Both the position numbers and the translations under genes were made by a program. The notes under the pieces were generated by a model. It was not told the origin of the DNA and ran no database searches. It saw nothing but the letters and a program-made list of their open reading frames with translations. A stretch of 64,000 nt of DNA from Dicyema japonicum. Its lineage: Eukaryota; Animalia; Dicyemida. The stretch spans positions 386,902 through 450,901 of the forward strand of contig RDEW01000035.1 of assembly GCA_011109175.1 (NCBI GenBank), in the 5' to 3' direction. Below, in pieces: positions 50,410 to 64,000 of this stretch; position 1 is the first letter of the stretch, and every line of letters begins with the position of its first letter.

Positions 50410-53247
50410 TTATTATTATTATTACCCCCAGGATCACTGGGTCAAAGAAAAAGAAATAAAAGTTCTCATCTAACTAAGTGATCCCAGACCGACAAAGGTG
50501 AGGACGAGTCCGGCGGGGTCGAGAATCCTGAACAGCTCTTCTCATTGGACATGGCATCGGCTCAAATTTCTGTATGATTGTAGATAATTCGATAGTATTT
50601 GGAATAGAGGGCAGCTCGGTAGAACAGCCTCCTTTAATAGTTTCCGTTGTAGTTCAATTAAAAAGTTTTCAATAGGTTGGATATTGTGATCTGGTCCAAT
50701 TAACCTCATTGCAGTCTCCTCGATTGCAGATAATTTCAATGTGGAAGATCGTGACATTTGCATTGCCCATGAAGGACTTGCATACGTCATCGTTGGTCGG
50801 ATAAATTGTTTGTAATCGTGGCAAGGATCCCAGTTTGATCTCTAATTTTTTGAGAGCACTTTTAAAATTCTCATTTTTTCAGAGCAGAAGTTACTCTGTT
50901 TTCAACATGCCGGATAAAGGTGAGTCCCTGATCAAAGGTTACTCCCAGAATCTTCGGTGTTTTGTTAATAGAGATAGCTTCGTTCTTCATAAAGACTTTT
51001 GGTTCGATACAGAGCTGTCTCTTGTAGGTGGTAAACAGTGTGACAAAGGACTTTGCTGCTGATGTGTCAAGTCTCCGCTTCGAGAGCCATAGTTCCAAGT
51101 TGTCGAGCATTTGTTGAGCCAACTGAGTCGCTGATTGAATGTTTCTGTCTTGGAGGCAAGAATGATATCGTCGGCATATGAGAGGATTAGACAGTTTTCA
51201 TTACAGGTTTGTGGCATGTCGTTTATGTAGAGATTGAAGAGTTGGGGTGATAGTGGGAGCCTTGAGGGACTCCATTTGGGAAATAGCGAGATCTTGATTT
51301 GATGTTGTTGCAGAGTACTTGTGCTCGTCTTCCATTTAGGAAGTTTCCAAGCCAAAGTTTCAGGTTCGGATGGATGTTGGTTTCGTATATTTTCTTTGTT
51401 AGGAGTTTCCTAGGGACTGAGTCGAACGCTTTTGTGATGTCCACGGATATAAGTACTGTCCTCTGATGGGTTTGGGGGAGTTAAATCCTTCCGCAATGAA
51501 TTGTGTGAGGGTTGTAAGGTGTGTTGTCGTCGAATGGTTGTCCCGGAATCCGTGCTGGGTCGGAGGTATTGAGATTGAGTCTTGTATTTTTTCCAAAACA
51601 AGCCTTTCAAGGATCCTTGAGACCGGACTTAGAATAGATATTGGGCGATAGGAAGATGGTTCATCTATTGGTTTGTTGGGTTTTCGGATAGGTCTGATTA
51701 GAGACTTCTTCCATATTTCAGGGATTGTATTTGTGTTAATGGATAGGTTGAATATATAGGCTAATAGTTCCAGGGCTCGATGGCCTAGGTGCTTCAGTTC
51801 ACATGTGGTTATGTTGTCTGGTCCTTTGGCCTCTGAGTTGTTGGCCTTAGATATGGCTCTGCGAACATCCTGACTAGTAAATAGGATCCAGTCATCGGAG
51901 CGTTTCGGTTCAATCTTTTTCAGGAATACTTGGTGTTCTTTTGAAAACTTCCTGTAGGATATAGATGTGTAATATTTTATCAGAGTGTCTGGTTTTATGT
52001 AGACTTCGACTTTTCTCTCTGGGGAGGGTCTTTTGATGTTTTTGATCCACTTCCACACTCTTTGCATTGGGGGGTTTTTGTAGAGAGCTTTCGATAGTCT
52101 CGTCCATCTATTTGCATTTTCTGTCTTTATGTTGTTGTCGATCTCTCTGTTCAATTCTCGTATTTTCCTGATGTTCTCTTCTGTTGGCGATTTTACCATC
52201 TTTAGATTTCGTTCTCTGATCAGATGTTTCGTCGTTGTGTTAAAACGTTTTGATGACGTTGGTTGTCTCCCATAGGAATGTACTTCTTTTTCGCATCGTT
52301 TATAATGGAGTTGAACCATTTCACTAATTGTTCGACGGAGGGAAAAGTGGGGAAATTTAATAGTCCAATACAATTATCGACGTATTCCTTGAATCCTTTC
52401 CAATTTGCAAGGCTGTAGTTAGTTATTGTTGGGCATTGTCCTTTTATCCGTGACCTTGTTTTGACCTCCAAAAATATTGGGTTGTGGTCACTACTGGTGT
52501 CATACTTCACTGACCAGTCAATAAGGCCAAGGACGGTGATGACAATGAGATGTCGATAGAAGAAGGTTTATCATTACGTCGAGTAGGTGTTCTTGTATGA
52601 GATGCAGGATCGTTGAGTATACATAGGCTGTGGAGGTCCTCAATTATCATCTTCCCTCTTTTGTCGTAGGTTTGTCCTGTCAGCCACAGTGGGTGCTTCG
52701 CATTGAAGTCACCACAGATAATCACATCCTTTAGTGACGCGAGAGGAGTGAGTCTGGGGGCACTGGACGAGCAGGAACTCAGTGGTGGGAGATATGCGTT
52801 GACAATTGTTATTGATAGTCTTGGGAATCGTATTTTGGTAACCAAAAGTTCGAGATTTCCATATCCTTTAAGCATAGTGTAAGCACTGTTGGTTATGTCC
52901 TCAAACGGAATGCCGTTGCGGATAACTGTGAGAAGACCCCCACCAAGTTTGCCAATTCTGTCACGGCGAATTACTGTGAATCCCGGAAATACTGGTGTTG
53001 AATTCTTTGGAGAAAGTTTAGATTCTTGAATTAGCAACAGATCAATGTGATTTTCTTTCACAAATGTCTAAAGTTCGAGTATTTTGTTCTTGATTCCATT
53101 TATGTTCAGTTGGACTATTCTGGCTGGTCCAGGGTTTGCCTCAACGTCCCGCAGCGGCGCAGGCCTTCCTTATTGGTCCACCGTGAAGATTAGGGGAAAG
53201 TGTGGTTTTTTTTTCAAATGCCACCACGTCGTCGGCGAGCCACATGA
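50410..53247 (-). mobile_element. Near full-length Ingi/Vingi-like LINE (head-2A-APE-RT-3' stem-(TAA)n), nested insertion
   Basis: DVEANPGP (53125-53151); APE IDLLLIQESKL, GDFNAKH, SDHNPI; RT PTQHGFR, DITKAFD, GVPQG, SYADD; (TAA)6 tail; ctgtta direct repeats at 50404-50409 and 53248-53253. No ORF1 or RNase H seen; several stops and frameshifts. Confidence 0.92.
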
Positions 53248-54535
53248 CTGTTAAAATATCCTTTTGGGCCAAATTGTTTAATTTCTCTCCACATCGTCTG
53301 AGCAGATTTCTGAAATGGAAAATACTAGTTTGTCCCATTTGTTGGCTTCAGCTCTTCTAATCCTTTTTGATATTTTGTAATTGAGAGTTTTTGTTTGATT
53401 TTTCTGTCCGGGAAAGCAAGGTACGTGTTTTTTCAGGAAATTCCTTTCTTTGATTGATGATTTGGTGTTCTGATCGATTTTTTCATTGTAGAATTTAAAT
53501 GATCCACGCGGAATGAATGTTCTCCGCTCCATGAGAATAGTTTTGTTCAAAAAGTCAATTGCTTCATCTATTTGGGGGAATATCATCATGCCAAAGTTTA
53601 GTAGAGCTTGATCGATGTATTTTGAATAGTCATTCCAATTTGTTTTTTTACAGTTGAAAAATGAAACAGTCTCTTTCCTGTGAAAAACTTTTTTGAGCGA
53701 ATAATGATGGGGTCAGAATATAATCCATAATGCACCGACCAAGATGTTTCCGGTGCAAGTTTGAGTACATAAGGTAATGTCGGACACGTTATGTTTCGTT
53801 TTCATTGTAAGGAGTTCTAGTGTGCTTCCTGAAGTTGTTGAGGATAGTCAGAGAGGTGAGCTGGTTTAATAAGGATAATCCTCGTGAATCTGCTAGCTGT
53901 GATTTTAACCAGGCTGGATTTTAGCATTGAAATCTCCACACAATATCAAATCTCCGAGCTTGTTTTACTTGGTTAGGTTTAGTGAGAATCCTTTTGGGCA
54001 AGAAGATGGAGGGGGACGTAGATGTTTGTAATTGAAAGTCCCGAATCTACTTGTAATTGATATACAGATATTTCCGTGGTCCACTCGTTTATTAGTGACT
54101 GTAGTTTTGCTGAGATGTCCGTAAATCGAATGTTATCTTTATAATGACAAGGAGACCCCCACCACGACGGTTCGAGCGGTCCAGACGAATGCAGTGGTAT
54201 CCTGAAAAATGCAGGGTGATGATGGAGTAAGTCTGCTTTCTTGAAGTAAAATCAGGTCAATGTTATGATCTTTAATGAAAGATCGTAGTTCGAGAATTTT
54301 GCTTTTGATTCCGTTGTTTATCTGCAGAATTGAGAGTGGAGGGCCTGGATTAAGTTCAATGTCACCGGCGAGAATTATCAGAATCCCATTCAGCCGGGGA
54401 AGATTAAGAAAGGGAAGAGACCGTCGTCCGAAGAGTCCTTCTTGGAAGGTAGTTAATGGTCCTTTTTCGCAGTGTATTAAGTGCACCCCGAGCACCTCAA
54501 AAACTTTCATAACTGGTAGACCACATGACGCCACG
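53248..54535 (-). mobile_element. Host LINE, 5' half (head, 2A, APE, linker)
   Basis: ILAGDIELNPGP (GDIELNPGP at 54340-54366) then LSILQIN...DLILLQES; head GGCGTCATGTGG at 54532. Confidence 0.85.
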
Positions 54536-55559
54536 TTACGATAATAAATAACAAAGTAAAAATGACGTTAAAGAATAAGGGTCCATTCATCTCTAAGAAT
54601 CCTCCCAAGTTTTTAATGTGGTACAGACTATTGGGAACACCCATTCAGTTTCAGAGAACGATAATACCGATAATACAGAGAATAAGGATTAGTGGGGATT
54701 CCAAGTAACTGCAATACTTTTTCCAAGACATCATCAAAACTAAAATACAAAGTTCCTGCTTCCAATACAAAATCCAATGACTTCTGCAGGATTGTCAATG
54801 AAATTAACTTATTTGAACGCCACTAAATCATACATGCACATCATCACGACAAACAAATTTATTCAAACAAAAAGGAGCAAATTAATCTCCATCTGCCAAG
54901 AGGTGTCACATTGCGCGGATGATGACATTGCGAGAAGCATCTCAGTTCGCGAGGGTCGAGTCGCGTCGCATTTCCTTTTTCATTGATGACTCCTTTAAAA
55001 ATTCTTCCAACCACATCAAATGTTTCAAAGGCGACTAGGAGAAAGTGGAAACGAGTATATCTCCAGTATAATCATTGGCATAATAAATTATTCGTGTGTA
55101 ATTATGCAATTGCGTGCTCAATGCCTGTCCATAATGAAACCTCGCCATAACAACTACCTTTTTGTTAATTTAAATTCTAAAGATGAATGAATAGATTATC
55201 AATGATGTGTTATAAATTAACCAACTTGATTGTATTATCAAACGACATATTAAACTTTCATATAATATCACTTACTATTCTTCAATAAATTGAATGATTT
55301 GAATCAACTAAGAAGTAAATTAACACCACTTTAAGCATCAGTTTCAGGAGAGACATAATACATATAGCTCTGCATCAGGAGAAAAGGAGTTATTAACATC
55401 CCGTGAATAAGAAGAATTACAATTCACATTAGTTTAAAAAATATTTATAAATAAAAAAATATTTAAAATAAATTGAAAATTCAAATTAATTATAAAATAG
55501 AGTTGACTTTTATCTGGTGTTTCATGTTTTTAATTTTAGTAACAGACAAGAAAATAGAA

Positions 55560-56620
55560 ATGAGCGACCAAATTAATGCAAATACAAACACAAACGTGAT
55601 AATTTCAAAAATTCCCACATTTATCCACAAACTATGGATTCTGGTTGATGACTATAAAACAGACCATCTAATTCGCTGGGACAAAGTCTCTATTCCTATA
55701 ATCTTAGAATGGTCAGAGTTTCCATATTGTCGACCAGTTTAACTTTGCCAATCACCTTCTTCCAAGATTCTTCAAGCATGCCAACATATCCAGTTTTATT
55801 CGTCAACTAAACATGCGTAAGCAATCTAATAAGTACAGATGGATTCCGTAAAGTAACTGACCTCGAACAGGGGATAAACCCATCAAACTCAGTCCACTAC
55901 TGTCACCCATATTTCAGCAAGAACTGTCAGGCTGACCTTGTCCACATTAAAAGAAATGTAATTTACCAAGTAACGTGCAGACAAGTAAGGGATTACGAAT
56001 GGACGAAATTGAGAGTGCCTCTGACTCTGAGACGAACTATCTACTAATGGAAATGAACAAATTGAACATTAGAGTGGATTCACTAGAGTGTGTTTTAGAG
56101 AAGATGAAATAGTAATATTGTTAGTAATGGTAGTGAGAACATACGTCTCAAGGACCAAATAGGACTACTCCGATCGGACAATAACAAACAGCAACAAGTC
56201 ATTAATAAATTAATTAACGTCATTGTCTCATTCTTTGCTAACGTGGACCAAAAACTTGTTAGAAAGAATGTGCTTCCTCAACTGATGGAGTGGTTGCCCC
56301 AATTTAATAGCGATGGAGATGTCTCTATATTACCTTCACTACACGTGCTTATTTGTTATATTTTAGCCCAACAAAGCATTCTTTGTGGACAATATATATG
56401 ACTATAATGAGGTTATTTGTTGTAGTTAGTGAAGAATGAGAAGGATTACTGTGACGAAGGATGGAATGGACAAAATGTGGTGAAATTAGTGGATAATAAT
56501 AATGAGTTTGACCAGGATTACACTGTGAATGAGGGACAATCAAAAAGAGAGGATTCAAAGACAGTATCACTGAACAATTGGAAGTATAATCGACAAACTA
56601 ATAGCTTTGATCCATTTTAA
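55560..56620 (+). CDS. HSF: Heat shock transcription factor (DBD + HR-A/B)
   Basis: [14 protein letters not shown]...IRWDKNGQSFHI...[25 protein letters not shown]; heptads ...[17 protein letters not shown]; six introns of ~22-23 nt. Confidence 0.92.
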
Positions 56621-56773
56621 TTAATTTTATATTTATAAATTGTTGTTTTTAATGGCTAATAAGTTATAATAATATTATGTAAAAATTAATAATAATTACA
56701 GAGATATCGATTCAACGATACGTCACCACAACTATATATTTGTGTTTTGCGTTATTAGAGTTGTTATTTAGAG

Positions 56774-59700
56774 ATGAACACTACTATTCTGGAGTGGATA
56801 GAAATGGGCTATCAAGTCCCAGATATGCAATTCAATGCCCTTGTACAGCTTAGCTCAACACTTAACATTTCACAAGACAGAGATACCACCTTTACAGAGT
56901 AATCTTGTATTTTGATCACAGATACCCGCCTAACATTTTTATACCTCATTTATTCCAAATTATTACCAATGAACAATCCATAGAACACAATATCCTCGAG
57001 GCTGTTAGGGCCGCCTATAATTACATCATTCTATCTGCTGATGTTGTCAGAGAGATACCAAATGTTTCCAAAATGTTTACCATCCTAATCCTCAGACTCC
57101 ACCATCATAATATCTACAACCAATCCGTGGTATACCCTCTCCTCCTTGAAAATGTTATTAAGGTTGTCTCTCATTTACAATTCAGCTCCTTGGTTTGATT
57201 GATGCTGACTCTGTGTCCAATGAGGATATATTAAATGTTTCACTTGAATGTCTTGATCTCTGTTTAAGCGAATCCACAAATCCAACCCCACAAATGTTGA
57301 TTACTATTCTCAACAGTCTGGAAAACATCATAGAAAGCGAAAAACTGCAGGACTACAGGGAAACAATAAGACTCGTCATTAAAGACATTAATAAAATTCT
57401 TCATGAAAAATTCAAATGCTCCAACAAAGATGATGTTTGTTATTATTATTATGGATAGGTCATCAAGGCAGCTATTCGTGTATTGGCCAAACACCTCACC
57501 TCCACTTTTTTCAAAAATATGTTACATAGACCCCCACCTTCGTTTTGTTTTGAATTTGGTTCAGATATCTTCTTCGACAATCAATTAAGTACGTGTATGC
57601 CCGATAATATCCCCTATAATCACGTGTATAGAGTGAATCCCCTTGCTATGTATGTAAATAGTGGCAACTTATTTGGTTCTAGATTATCCATTAATTCACT
57701 ATACCAATCCATTTCATCTCATTCTAATGTACCACGCATTTCTGACCCCCAGAGAATGAGAGCAAGAAGACTTACTATCCCCCGCAGTATTACTGAACCT
57801 ATTCTATCTCCAAATAACATTATCTCAAATATTCCCTGTATTAAACCACTAATTATTACTGCCCCAGTAATATCCTCATGTCCTACTCATGGAAATATAG
57901 ATTATATTCCCCTTCGTGATTATATAGTCCAATTGTACAGTCGCATGCCTCCAGCTCCTGATATTTCCCAATGGCTTTCCCAATATTATGTTATATCTAC
58001 ATGCACTTGTCCCCAAAATAATCCACACAACCCACCGCATATGAGTTCCCCACCCGCACAAATAATTTATAGATCCCAAAGTCAAAGCATTGATCATCGC
58101 TCACGTATTACTCGCCGTAATTTTTACTTTGATTTTTAACTTTGATAATTTAATTCCTTAGGTCAAACATATCCGGAACGACAGAGTCTCCCTGAAAACA
58201 AAGCTATTATGTTCCTCGAATACTCAGAAAATGGAATGTGTCCTCCCGTTCCCTTGTTAGTAGATGTTGAGACAATCAGTGGTGTCATTTTTCAATTGAG
58301 TAAATCCTCGGATTCACTATTGGGAGATCAGATAATTTTAATATTGATGATTGTAATTAATAATTTGAATGTTTAGTGGTCATTTCCGCCTCTATTCTGT
58401 TTAGAAGTTATCCATTATGTAGTTTGGAAGGTGGAATTATTGAAGCTTTGGCTACGATTCTCGACTTAATATTCTGCAAGTACATTAGTGTATAATACAA
58501 GACATTACTCAACCAAACTGCTTTATGAAGTTACTTATCTCATCGAGTCCATTATTACTTCTGTTGTGAGTTCGTTATCGGAGGTGGATAAATCAAGAAT
58601 AAAACCTCGGGATTTCTCTACTGGGTACGGACAATATCTCAGAAATCAGTCAAAGAGACCAATGCTTACGAGTTCGTCTATTTATAGAACGGAAATTGAT
58701 TCTACGAGGATATTTAAAAGTAGTGAGGTGTAATATGGTAGGTTCCATTAGAACTCCAAACACATGTGCTGTATCTATTGGTTTCGACCTTTCTTTCGAG
58801 GTTAGGGAATTATTATATTTTAGTTTGGATTTCGTCAAAAGTCAATCAGACTTGATTTATTGTCCACCAATTACTGTATAATTTAATTTATTGTAGTTTC
58901 TCAATATGTTGGTGAAATACAAGTACCCCTCAAACAAGGAACAAGTTGATTACTTCCCTTCTCCCTCTAATGATGAGTCTCGTCTCGATTATAAAGGATT
59001 GTGATTTGTCGTAAGCTGGGCAATGATTTGTAGGTTATATGTGGTGGCACAGATTGACAAACTCGTGTATCTGGCAAGTAGAGATGTCATAGAAGGGTTG
59101 TTTAACTTAATTGGAACAGAATCCAATAATTTTGTTATTTCCATCTCTGATTTCATCTCCCATTTTATAGCCATGGTTGGTGATTTGGAGAGTTCCTTCC
59201 GTAAAAATTATTATTACGAGAACATAATATACTGTCTGACCATATTACACAACCTGTCTCTCAAATGCCCCAATTTTATGGAAATGTTCCGTACTGAGGA
59301 ATTTACAAATTCTCTTATAATACTGTCTAATCACTATGAAGGGAGACTATATTCTGAAAGGTTACTAATAGCAAACCCCATCTCCTTTGATAATGTTTGG
59401 AGGCCAATCGGCCTTATAGATGGCTCGATTGGATTGTCATACACGAAAACCAAGCTATTTACATATGGAATTGTCATTTTCTGGTAGAGATTGTACTATC
59501 TGACGGCGGAATAATAAAGTCACTGCTTTTATAATTTTAGTTTTCACTTTGATGATTTCAGTTACGGTATAATCCGTGATGGAAAGGTATTACCGGAATT
59601 GGAAACTCAGCAGTTTGATGGTTTTATTATTATAAAATCAAGGCACCAACTTAATTGATAGACTTTCTTCAATTGGGACAAGTCCATTTCACCTTGGGCG

Positions 59701-62700
59701 TGATGCATCAAAAATAAAAGTTCTGAAAATTAATAATTTTCCCTTTAAACTAGCAATCAATTCATTCAAAATTTGTATTTTGTACGAATCAGATAATGAA
59801 GTATTCCCTGTATTTCATTATTTACCAATCTTAGTGCATTACCTTTACAAGTGATCCTAACAATATTCGGTACCAATTGTCCTCAACAAGCTCCTTTACA
59901 AAATGTTCTAAAGAGTTTCTGTTTGCCTCCATCTCTTATGTTGTGCCTCCATTTCCTAGCTCTATTTCTCTTCCTGAAATGGTTAATCGTTTTGACCTAT
60001 TTTAGATGAGTTTTTGTGCTTCTGTTTTGGGTAAAAAAACAGTGAATCTACTAGAAATACCTTGTTCTACTGGTGCTAATGAACTTGGGTCTATAGTCAA
60101 TCTACTGAATTCTTTTGTTTGTTTCTTTTTTTATTTCTAGTCAGAGGATATCTCTTATGATCAATACCGTACCTCCCTTGTTGAATTGGGTCGTTTAATG
60201 AGGGAAGATCAGATTACTCCACCCACTGTCGTCAGATGCGGACTGATTCCTTGTTTGTTAAATTTACTCAACGGATCTTGCGAAAAATCTGTACGTGCTT
60301 TCATCAATGTGTTTGCTAACTCTGGGTATGACTGTGGTTTTACTTTAGGCCCGGGTTAGAGGCTCTTAAATTTATGATAAGAAATGTTGTCAACATGTTT
60401 GTGATTTATGGGAAACTTCGTTCAGGGACATTTTGTCCGCACCTCCCCAAACTCCCATTCATCGTATCACTTTGTTAATATTGTTATAGAATTCAATTAA
60501 CGAGAGATGGACTGTCACTTTGGTTAATGAAACTCCTGGAAGTACAAATATTCCGGATATTTCAGGCAGTCAAATAATTGTGAATAAATTGACCTCAATA
60601 CGATCAATTGTCAAATGGATAAGGAATAACGTTGGTTCTCTCTAATATGTAGTTGTTCACTCTCTGGTTCCGAATGGATAGACATTGTTACGAGACCTTC
60701 AAGATTGTGAGGAAGAATGGTTATGCTGACCTGGAAGTCGGGGAGTATGGGTTCTTTAATTGGATGGGGACAAATGCATAGTAATATTAATTAATATACT
60801 AATAGTACTCGTCCATTCACTTGTCCATCACATTTATCTTTTATTCGAAACACGTGTGACAGTAGTTATGGAAAGAGTTCCTGTATATTGCATGGAAGTG
60901 AATATATTTTAAGTTCAAATTGTATAATGTTTCTTGTGGACTTGGGGGCCACTATAATTCCTAAACAATTCACATTAAAGATCTGTTCTCATAATCTCAC
61001 CAGAACCAAACGGTTAGTCTACTTATGTGATTGTAGGATTACTGAACAAATGACCTTCTTTGCCTATGTTGACTCAACCTGGGTTAAAATAAATACTACT
61101 TATTCCTACAATAACCTTACCACCAATTTATCACGTGGTAGACTACAGGAGAGGTCAATTAACTGTAAATATGACGTTGTTTCACCCAATCCACAAGCAA
61201 TTAATCGATATATGAAGGTCTTTTCTACCTCACTCAGAGAGAGAAACCCCCGAAAGGAACAAATCATTACTTTATCAAACTTTGAGATTTTCGGTCGTGT
61301 GTTGATATTTGTGATTCTACTCAGTTTGATTCTTCCTTGTTTAAACAAGAACAGTTTATTATTGAACAATTTGTGAGTGGAAACCATAAACGATTTTACT
61401 TTAATGATCAATCCCCCGATGAGAATGTCTGGCTTAATAAAATATTCCATAATGTAACTATTTACTGATATTGCAGAATTCCGTAAATGAAGACCCACCT
61501 GCGGAGACGTTATTAATTGGGGATTATTGTGTACCTGGAGTTAGATGTAATCAAATTGTTTTGGATACAAATGACCTCTTGGAGTATGTCCCATCCTTAC
61601 TGCCCCCCAACAGTACTACTAATTACTCAGAATCGGTCAACGACGTCATAAACATACCCGGTAGACTTGTTGGTTATTTTAGATTTTCATATAAACTTAT
61701 CTGATCCTCCCGATGAGCAACTAAATTCCAAATTGTTGGGAAAAGTGGCGGAAAGGAAAAATGACGAGATTATTGGGGAGTCTCTTGCACTCATCTTTTA
61801 TATTCACTTTATTACCCAGGTTATGCGATTATATTATTGAAGGGGGGAACACATATTCGAATTAAAATCAATGAAAAGTATGACATTGATAATGATATAC
61901 GAATTCAGGCGTATTTTGACGGTCTTCATTTTAATGGTACTGCTAATATTCAGGAATATTTTAACATTTACTATCAAGCAGTTCCTCCAATGGTAGAGTG
62001 ATTGTATTAGTTAGGCTAATCCTACGAAAGATGTGATGTATCTGAAGGAATATTGTTCCGTTAACCTCTATCGTAAGCATAATATTCAGAATTTGTCCTT
62101 AGACAATGTAAATGATGACATACTGGATGCTATTTTATCGGTTGTGAGTTTTGTAATTGAAGGATTATGTTGAGGACAAGAGGATTGAAGAGATGGGTGA
62201 TAAATATTCTTGATTTTATTATGGGTCATTCAGAAAACTCAATCCTTGACACACTGTTGGTAGAAACCAGCTCACAGGTGGCTGTCGAGTCGTTGGAATT
62301 GTTGTGGTTGTTATATGACCTTGTGCAAACTCATTGTTTTGGAGAAAATATGATTAAGGAATATAAAATGCTGTTTCATTCACAACACACAGTGAATAAG
62401 ATTTACCACTCATTGCCTGTATTTTGGTGATTTATGTAGTCCTATGTGATTGTGGGGACAAGATCATACCCCAATGGATTTTTATTATGAGTGAAAACTT
62501 TAAAATGGTTCTCCCTTATGATGTTCGGTTCATGTTGATGCAACTTTGTTTTATGGGAGTCACTCGCTCCATATTTAATTTTCAAACATCTCGGGGACAT
62601 TTTACCCCCAGTCTCCACTGTCCCGTATCTACAAGGTCTCGTCTAGCTTCTGGGAATATGCAACTGAAGCAATTTGTTTTATCTGTAGATAGGAATGAAG

Positions 62701-64000
62701 AGTATTTCCTTGATTGGGCATTTGAAGTTCTTTTACATTATGGAAGTAAAGAAGAGTCCCTTAATGTAGTTGTTATTTAACTGCTAGTTTGTATTTACGG
62801 GTGAAAATGGCACTGGCATAGGTCCCACCAAAGAATTCTACCATCTTCTTTCCAAACATCTTCAACTTGTCTCGACTGCTATGTGGCTTTCCGATAACTA
62901 TGATGGAAAATACGCTTACTCCCAAAATGGACTGTTTCCCGCTCCACTCCCCCAGGGATCACCCATTTGTAGGAGGACAAACCTTCTTTACTATCTAATG
63001 GGGCTGGCTATTGGGAGATGTCTGAAAGACGTGTTATTGCTTGATATACCTTTATCCATGCCACTTCTCAGAATTTTAAGTAACCCACATAAGCGCACCC
63101 CCATCGTATAATTTGTGATTATTTCAGGGAATCACTGATAGACCACATAATGAGTTTTTGATTGACTTTTTAAATGATATTGCTCCTGAGGGAAACAAGA
63201 TTTCAATCGAGGATTATTGGTAATTTACATTTTCTATGAAAGGTTTGCTAAAAATCTCCGGTGGTGTGACTTTATTCTTGTTAACGGCTATTATGGGAAG
63301 TTCCTCAACTCCCTCCGCGATATTATTTACCGTAAGAGACAATACAAAGAAGCATTTGGGGATGACATTAATTTTTCAGAGTATATTTTTCTTGAGGACG
63401 ATACTGGATTGTCCACACCCCTCGAAGATCTGACGTATCTCTTACTTTAATAGTAGTATGTACTTTGTCTATTATCTCAACCCAATATTCCACTCGGGGA
63501 TCAACCATGAACTTGTTGAAAATGGAAGTAATATTGTTGTCTTGTATCTCATTTTGATAGTTATTGACTTTTGACAATGTTGAGCTATTCACGTGGCACA
63601 TGACTAAGTTTTTGATGTTTGACGGAATCAAGTCCCAAATGAACTTTTTATTTGGTAATTGGTTGTATTATGTTAGATGGAATATCCATGGTCATTAATC
63701 ATAGGGGACTGTCGCTACTTGACGAGAATGAACTCAAATTGTCTCTGTGTGGAGATGAGTTATTCTCATGGACTAGGGAATATCTGACACAGCATTTGTC
63801 TGTTTCTCAAAATGTTTTTAAGGAGAGGTTTAGGTTTTTTGTATGTTAGTCCCCTCTTTGTCCAACTAGTCGATATTTTGGTTGGTTTCTCCACTCAAGA
63901 AAAGAGACGTTTCTTAAAATTTGTAACTGGCTCTTCTTCTCTCCACATGGTGGACTTGCTGGTCTCTCTCCCCCACTGACTATCAATGAAGCGATGAGTG
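56774..64000 (+). CDS. HECTD1: HECTD1-type E3 ubiquitin ligase, runs off right edge
   Basis: TILEWIEMG...DMQFNALVQL...YPPNIFIPHL resembles the HECTD1 N-terminus; SUN-like GFFNWMGTNA...VDLGATIIPKQFTL; HECT GENGTGIGPTKEFY, GLFPAPLP, GGLAGLSPPLTI. Many short introns; full exon model not resolved. Confidence 0.88.

Noticed and set aside
57876-61498. Minus-strand ORFs over HECTD1 and other antisense ORFs of 60-130 aa
   Set aside because: They are shadows of real exons or TE frames with no independent motifs.

Overview
AT-rich eukaryotic (metazoan) genomic DNA, standard genetic code, with ultra-short GT-AG introns (mostly 22-27 nt). This intron size best fits a dicyemid mesozoan; the taxon is inferred, not proven. 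Manual splicing recovers CEP120, eEFSec, FBXO8, a Rab1-like GTPase, a LAMP-family protein, an HSF and the 5' part of HECTD1. It also recovers two orphan genes and a 75-aa putative secreted peptide gene that the ORF track misses, present twice inside a ~1.74-kb inverted duplication (1-1736 / 27576-29311). Much of the rest is decayed mobile DNA: many Ingi/Vingi-like LINEs, plus RTE, Jockey/I-like, L1/Tx1-like and R4/Dong-like LINEs, hAT elements, a tRNA-derived SINE family and an integrase remnant. The most interesting signal is one retroelement system with four linked parts: (i) a 5' head that folds with HDV-ribozyme topology but non-canonical core residues, (ii) a 2A/StopGo motif directly before the endonuclease, (iii) a covarying 3' terminal stem before a (TAA)n-like tail, found in more than 10 copies, and (iv) a short non-autonomous element carrying both ends. 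All coordinates, splice models and folds were read by eye; TE boundaries are approximate. No CRISPR, rRNA or intact tRNA was found.
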